From positions 6,882,001 through 6,946,000 of the forward strand of contig NC_083283.1 in assembly GCF_963506605.1 (NCBI RefSeq): a stretch of DNA of 64,000 nt. The letters are read 5' to 3'. The notes under the pieces were generated by a model. The model saw only the letters and a list, made by a program, of their open reading frames with translations, was not told where the DNA came from and ran no database searches. Source of the DNA: Zootoca vivipara. Its lineage: Eukaryota. The translations under genes were made by a program, and so were the position numbers. Of this stretch, positions 57,237 to 64,000 are shown piece after piece. Each line of letters begins with the position of its first letter. The stretch's first letter is position 1.

Positions 57237-59159
57237 TAGATAGCCATCATCAAAATTAGGAGGAGGTCGTTGTTGCCTTAAGTCTCACTGCTGTAGAAAG
57301 TACGCTGGATAAGTACGCTGGATAAACGCTGGTTTCCTAGTCACCGGGAAGCGGGAAGCAGCAACAACTCTGTGACTTGATTGAGTGATATTCATTAATT
57401 GATTAATAGCTTAGTATGCTTCTATCTTTCTATGCTCAACTCATTTAACATAATAATGTATATAGAAAAAAGTACAAAAACACAGGGATTATTGCAGTCA
57501 ATGGGTACAGTAACATAAGAGGCATGAGAGGTTTCTGCTGGAAAGTGGCGATTTCCTGTAGATTTCCCCCCCCCACTCCCACATGTAACCCCCGCTAACC
57601 ACTCAAAACTCTGCCATTGTTTACAGCCTCCACTTTCCTCATATCAGATTCCCCCAAGGATGCAGCATCCTCAAATATACCATTGCTTGAAGGTATTTAA
57701 CTCAAACCACTGCTTTATTTAAAATTGCCATCCCCCCCTCTCAGTTCTCTCCATCCCTGCTTTACTCAAATGTCCACTCTTGTTTTAAGTCACCATTTTC
57801 CCATTGAAAAATGCCTCTTCATTCATTGGTACCTCGTCTTGTTTCCATCTTTGTGCTGATAATATTCTTGCTGCAGTTGTTGCATATAAAAACAATGTTT
57901 TATCTTTCTTATATATTTCTCTAACTGCAATACCTAATAAGAAGGCTTCTGGGGTTGTTTTTTATATAAATGTATATTTCAACATTTTTTAAAGTTCATT
58001 ATAGTGTCTGCGGGGCTCATTTCTTGCCTGAAGAATTCTGCAATTATCTACATGTACACAGGTCAATAATCGTGTCTCTAAAACAGTCAACTTCTGCCTT
58101 AAATTATTTGCAGATTTAAACAAAACTTTTGGACATATTCACAGCATTGTTGATATACCAGTTCTTAGATATTAATGCAGAAAGCTACTATCAGATATTT
58201 GGTGGAAACTGCTTTGAGGCCAAGCTGAGAAACAAGTACAGTTTTGCCATGAAACTACAACAGGGTGAAACATGGTATTGCCTGAACAATTTAATTTTGT
58301 AAGAAACGGAGGTTTTATTTTAGGGGGGAATCTACCAACTTCTTTGCCTTTATTGTTGCCAGAAAAGATGAATTATGAAAATGCAGTTTAAAATTATAAA
58401 AGATAAAATTTCAGAAAACATGCATACAGAAGATCTGGACAGAGGCTCATCGCACCCAGCATCTTGCTATCAAAGTAGTCAGGTAAGTACCTACGGAAGC
58501 CTTCAAGCAGAATCCAACTGCAAAAACTCTTGCCTCATATGAGATTCCTAGCCACTGGCATTCAGAGACATACTGCCTACAATTATGAAGGGTGGAACAC
58601 ATGGCTAGAAGCTTTTGAGGCAACCATTACCGAGTCATTAACATTCATCTCTGAGCTCGGAGTCCAGAAAATTTCGCCAGCAGATTTTCACACCTGTGAG
58701 TAGGCACTGATCAGCAGTCTTCAGATGTGGTGTGGGAAAAGCAGCAATGGTGTTTGTTGTATGTGGAATGGGACTGCGGTGGGGAGTCCTGAAGAGAAAA
58801 TGCTGCAATCATCAATGGAATATGAAGTGATATCTGCCAAATTTGTTGCAAGAGGCACTGTAGATTTTGTTTGCTTGCTATCCTGGCTTTTTCAGCTTGC
58901 CAGCCTCATAGAAGGGAAATAATATGTCACTTTATTGCCGACTAAGGTAGCAATCAGTGATTTTAGGGGGAATTGGAGTTCTTTTGCAATCTGCTCAACT
59001 CTCAATGTGACTGGGTGGGAACATTTGATATTGGAACAAAGTAGTGCACTAAAAGAGAATTTTACACAGTCAATGGAGGAGAGGGAAAGGTGTCAATGCA
59101 TCAAAGGGATGTACCAGGTGTCCAGGCAGGTGTGTGTGTGTGTGTGTGTACACACACAA

Positions 59160-59790
59160 GGTATGACTGGACAATTCAGTGAATGGTCACATAAATTGGG
59201 CAGCAAGAAATATTTGAACATACAATCGGCATCGGAAACCCACAAAATGCTCACAATTGTGTACAGAGATGAAGCTGTAACTCGAAAGACAGTGTATGAG
59301 TGGTTTTTAGCATTTCCGTGAAGGGTGGGAAACCATCAAAGATGACCCTCAGTCTGGCAGATCGTCGACGAGCAAAACCACTGCAATTGTTGACAGAGTC
59401 CATGAGTTATTGATGCGGGATCGGCGTTTGTCCATCCGAAATATGGCAGAAGAATTGCATATTCCCTGTGAAATCATTACTGAGGTTACTGAGTTGTCCC
59501 ACCTCCATATTCTCCCGATCTGGTCACACCAGATTTCTTTATTTCTCCAAAACTGAAATATGCACTGAAAGGGCACAGATTTTCCAACATTTCACATGTC
59601 CAAGCTGCTGTGATGAGGGAACTGAAAGCAGTACGAAAATAGGACTTCTCCAGAAGCTTCCAACAGTTCTAAGAATGTTGTCAGTGGTGCCCTGTATCAG
59701 AGGGGTCTACTTTGAAGGCCTGTAATTTACCATATGTATGTTTGAATATTTCTCGCTGTCTGATTTCTGTGACCATTCACTGAGCGCACA
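59160..59790 (+). mobile_element. Internally deleted mariner transposon
   Basis: TIRs TCAGTGAATGGTCACA / TGTGACCATTCACTGA. HTH region ASETHKMLTIVYRDEAVTRKTVYEWF...DDPQSGR and C-terminal YSPDL..DF remnants. Confidence 0.85.
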
Positions 59791-60088
59791 TGTACACACA
59801 CACACACACACCTTTCCATAATCCAAGTCCTCACCTCAAACACTCAGTGCAAGGGGCAGCTTGTAGCTACCTCCAAAATAGAAAAACAGACCAAGCAAAA
59901 GTCTGTGGAAGATGCACACAAACATTGTGGTTTTTTTCCCTGAATTCCATGCACAGCATCACTTTATATGCTCTTAGCTTCATATATAACTGCACAAGTG
60001 TGCTTGCACACACAGCGTATAATATGAAAGGTGCTCACGGGCAGCCATACTTAAAGTTTGAGCCCATACCAGTATGAGCCCCTAGGGT

Positions 60089-60711
60089 TAGAGCCGTCTT
60101 TCCCATTGGGCTTACTGGCACGTTGCGCCAGGGCGCTGGCCTCTCAGGGGCACCCCAGCGAGAGGGGGAGCTGTGCAGCTTTGCCGGCGACCTCCCCTTT
60201 CCCTCCTGCATGCCTGCCAACTGCGCCCCGCCAACCTTATGGCTGGCGGGCATGCTGTTTCCTTCCCAAGCCTCCGCGGGAGGAAAGCGATCTCCGCAGA
60301 CGCTTAGGATGGAATAGAATAGAAATAGAATAGAAATAGTTTATTGTCACTGTACCACTTGTTTACAGTGAGATTAAACGAGCCCCTCCCCCCAATCTCT
60401 CAGTCCTTGTTACACTCTGTGTGCTGTCGTATGACCACCAACCCCAAACATCAGCTGCAATGTTGCTGTCTTCCATTCTGCAGCCTCACGGCCCATGGGT
60501 AGATACTGTTCTTTAACCTGTTGGTGCGGCTTATCATGCTTCTATATCTCCTGCCCGAGGGCAGTGCAGCTTCCTTCCCAAGCCTCCGCGGGAGGAGAGC
60601 GATCACCACAGAGGCTTGGGAAAAGGTCAACAACTCTGGTAAACAGGGATGGGGGTGGGGCGCCAGGGGGATCTTTGCACCACGGCGCTGGATATGCTTA
60701 AGATGGCCCTG
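60089..60711. mobile_element. hAT MITE containing a Rex1/Babar-like LINE 3' end (~60312-60565, minus strand)
   Basis: 8-bp TSD CCTAGGGT; inner LPSGRRYRSMISRTNRLKNSIYPWAVRL with a (TTCTA)-type tail. Confidence 0.75.
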
Positions 60712-60901
60712 CCTAGGGTATATTTTCAATGTTGCAGGAAAGGAATGAACACCTACAGTGAGCTAACTCTGTGCTGCCGAGTTCAGAGTCTGTAGCATTA
60801 GAATCGTCCCTCTTCAAAAGCAAGCAATATATTATTAGATATGAATAAATGTTTGGTAACTTTAAATAATCTGTACATGTATTTTTTAGAACAACAACAA
60901 C

Positions 60902-61585
60902 CAGGGGCGTAGCCAGGATCAAAATGGGGGCAAGGGGCGGGGCCAAGGCACGGGTGAGGGGCCACAGTGGGGCAAGGAAAGCCATGGTCGTTCAGGGGCG
61001 AGGGGGCGCCAGGATCAGCCCGAAATCGGGCTGCTCCGACTCCCTCATTGACCGGCAGGGGCGAGGGGGCACCAGGATCAGCCTGAACTTGGGCTGCTCT
61101 GACCCCCTCCGCGATCGGCAGGGGTGAGGGGGCGCCAGGATCAGCCCGAAATTGGGCTGCTCCGATCCCCTCCTCCCCCTCCGCGATTGCCGGGGCGGGT
61201 GGAGGGAAAGCTGGCTTTCCCTCCACCCGCCCCACAGCCAGCAAGGGAGAAGGGAGACGTCCCTTCTAGCTGGCTGGCTGTGTGGTGGGTGGAGGGAAAG
61301 CCCCAGAGCCACACAAAGCGTTTGGCTGGCTTTCCCTCCACCAGCCCCACAGCCAGCCGGCTAGAAGGGACGTCTCCCTTCTCCCTGGCTGGCTGTGGGG
61401 CGGGCGGAGGGAAAGCCAGCCAAATGCTTTGCGCGGCTCTGGGGCTTTCCCTCCACCCGCCCCACAGCCAGCCAGGGAAAAGGGAGACGGCACCGGGCAG
61501 CGGCGGGCAGCGGGGCAGGCTGGCCAGCGGCCCTGCTTCTAGGGGGGGGGGAACTACCCCCTCTTGCCCCCTCTGCCTACGCCAA
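60902..61585. mobile_element. GC-rich hAT MITE with tandem and inverted internal repeats
   Basis: CAGGGGCGTAGCC...CCTACGCC termini within ACAACAAC flanks; three ~63-bp tandem units and a long internal palindrome. Confidence 0.7.
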
Positions 61586-61671
61586 TTACAACAACAACTA
61601 GGAAAATCTTCTGCCACTTAGACTACAACTTCCATATCACCAGATAGATGGCACAGACTGGGGGTAGGCTC

Positions 61672-61714
<43 letters not shown>

Positions 61715-61754
61715 GTAGTAGTAGTAGTAGACAGCTTAAGCTTCTATGGAGGCT

Positions 61755-62720
61755 TCAATATTTATTTTGACTGGGGAACTCCAATTCCCCTTTGCTGTCT
61801 CCCTCCTCCTTTAAAACATTCTCAAGTATACTCTTAATTCTCTCCCGGGATTGATGACTCTTCTTCCTCCCTACCAGGAAATAAATCGCAGGATTAACGG
61901 TGCTGTTAAGAGAGGCACATATGAACGCATATTCTAGGAGGTAGGGATTTTTATGAAACAAGGCCAGGTACTGAACAGCATCCATTGGGATAGCAAGGAG
62001 GAGAAAGAAGAGGAGTGTAAGCAAGATGGCCATTATAAGCTTCCCCCGCTTACGCTCATGTGGTTTTAAGTAGACCTTCATGGAAAGGGTTACGGTGGAG
62101 AAGGACATTAACAGGGTGCAGAGCAGGGCAATGGCAAGAAACTGGTAGGAGCTTAGAGAACAATATTTCCCAGTTAGCAAGAGCGTGATATGAATTCCAG
62201 AAGACACGAAGGCAAGGATCCATATTGCGGCGCACACGATGACGGACAGGTGTATGTGCTTATGGAAGCGATACCAAATTGGGAAAAAGATGCACACGAA
62301 CCTGTCAGTGCTGATAACCGTCAGTAGAAGCTGGCTAGCACTGTATGTGAATAGGAAGACAGTGTAAAACAACGACCTTAGAAGCTCGAAATCCAAGTAA
62401 TGTGACTTACATACAATCCAATTCAAATCAATAGCAACTACAGCAGTGAGTACGCCAAAGTCAGCAATGGCGAGGTTCAGGATGTAGGTGCTGAAGTGAT
62501 TCCTCTTGATGCGGAATGCCAGAAGCCAGATGACTGTCCCATTTCCCACAAATCCAAAAAGGCAGAGAAGCAAAGTGAAGGTGATCATGAAAAACATTTC
62601 TAAAGAACTATCGGCACAGCTCCTTGGATCATAGCTGTTATTCGTTGGGATACTTTGCGTTCCATTGTGTTCTTTTCCAGCATCCAGCGGTGACAGGAGT
62701 GACCGGCAGAAATTTGCCAT
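61755..62720 (-). CDS. Mas-related GPCR, 321 aa (divergent paralog)
   Basis: GFVGNGTVIWLL, ILNLAIADF, STDRF, LAIP, NSTVNPAIYF; acceptor TTCTAG at ~62760. Confidence 0.92.
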   Translation of the reverse strand: MANFCRSLLSPLDAGKEHNGTQSIPTNNSYDPRSCADSSLEMFFMITFTLLLCLFGFVGNGTVIWLLAFRIKRNHFSTYILNLAIADFGVLTAVVAIDLNWIVCKSHYLDFELLRSLFYTVFLFTYSASQLLLTVISTDRFVCIFFPIWYRFHKHIHLSVIVCAAIWILAFVSSGIHITLLLTGKYCSLSSYQFLAIALLCTLLMSFSTVTLSMKVYLKPHERKRGKLIMAILLTLLFFLLLAIPMDAVQYLALFHKNPYLLEYAFICASLNSTVNPAIYFLVGRKKSHQSRERIKSILENVLKEEGDSKGELEFPSQNKY

Positions 62721-64000
62721 CCTGATCAGTTTCTGCTTTGATATTCCTTCTGGTGTATCCTAGAAGAAAAGAGAAGAGTTGGATTTGTTTCTTGATTTGG
62801 GGCTAAATGCATAATGATGCTGCTCAAGTTCTCAGCTGGGTCTTCTTTGCTCCCTGCTCTTGATCAACTTTAGAAGCCATTTAGATTATTTCAGGTCCAT
62901 GTTATTTTCAGATCAGTTCATATTCATACTACACTGCTCCAGAGAAAATTTCTCAGGTGCAGAGCGATTGCAGAAGGAAGCACAAAAATTTTGAAACAAT
63001 AGAAATGAAAATACAGCTCCTTTCATTTAGAGAGTAATTCTACCCATAGGACTATTCAACTGATGGAACTCAAAGAGTAATTTTTAATGCACCAGAAATT
63101 GTGTTCAAGACCATCCAAATATGAAGACGCATGCTGTACTTGTAACTTTCATGGGGTTGGAAACATGGGAAGCTTTCATATTTGGAATATTCCTTGCTTG
63201 TATTGTCTATACTAGGTTGAATCCATATTAAATGAATTACAATTATTTTCCATTGAAATCAGTGGGACTTAAGTCATGGATTGGGTCAGCTAACTTGACT
63301 ACCACTCCAATTACCTGGGAATAAACTTATTTGAATTCATTGGAACTTGAAGTGGACATGGTGAGGATTGCATTGCGAGCTATTCCTTAACTCTAGCTTT
63401 CAGAAATTTCTTCCAACCAACTATTTTTTGCACATACTTTTTGACTAAAGCACACATTTCTGCATTTTATTCTCACTGATATCTTTATTTCAATCCACAA
63501 TTTCACTTAAATATATGTGTTAGTTTAAGCATTCTTCGGTTGAAGAACTGCATCACAAAATTCAGATAAGTGTGAATTTTGAAGGACAGTTCTATTTCAG
63601 TTCACTTATGGTTCCAGTAAGCGTTAATTTGATAGATTCAGCTTTAAATGCACAATGAATCAATTTCTCCCCCATTTCTAAGAATGAGGACTAAGAGGAT
63701 GGGCCAAAAGCGTTAGAGAAAATATTATCTTTGAATAGGATTCTAAGGAAGAGTAAATGAGGGCATGTTGGAACCACAGGAGAATTGACCATTAATAAAA
63801 GTTGTCATGCACAGAATGCCCTACCTTTACAAATCACAGCTGTTGGCTCACAACTGGGTATAGCTATACTTCTGATGTTCTCCTCCTTGATTTTCAGGAC
63901 CTCAAGCCATACATCTCCTTTCTGCTTCAAAAAAGTACTTTGCCAACTACAACATGCCCATGCACACTGAGCATACTACCTGGAGCTGGGAGGGTCAGGG

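Larger units (their letters stand above)
55370..58003. repeat. Duplicate of ~42460-43757 (5' exon with donor at 55766, upstream region and L1 3' end)
   Basis: Collinear similarity; the SINE at 56018 is absent from the 43010 paralog. Confidence 0.85.

Overview
Eukaryotic DNA from a squamate, most likely a lacertid lizard. This is inferred from Sauria/Squam1-type SINEs, BovB, CR1, L2 and Penelope repeats. The window is a tandem cluster of eight Mas-related (MRGPR/MAS1-like) class A GPCR loci. All are on the minus strand with single-exon CDSs and probable upstream non-coding exons. Six have open reading frames, although one has lost the NPxxY proline and one has a premature C-terminal stop. One is split by a very recent, intact Gypsy LTR retrotransposon (identical 376-bp LTRs, 5-bp TSD), and one is a decayed pseudogene cut off by an L1. 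The spacers are dense in transposable elements and shuffled duplications of promoter/5'-UTR modules. The most unusual signals are: (1) two divergent ~0.85-kb non-coding elements inserted at exactly the same nucleotide, in the same orientation, inside two different Sauria SINE copies, with no target-site duplication beyond a shared AA and a covarying stem-loop (probably a SINE-targeting tyrosine-recombinase, Ngaro/DIRS-like, family); (2) two apparently independent, oppositely oriented Penelope insertions with the same 12-bp TSD at paralogous sites, one forming a ~1.5-kb palindrome, with minimal hammerhead ribozyme motifs in the Penelope repeats; (3) a solo-LTR-like element that carries a chromodomain and a second internal LTR start with its own polypurine tract. 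All family assignments were made by eye, without database searches.
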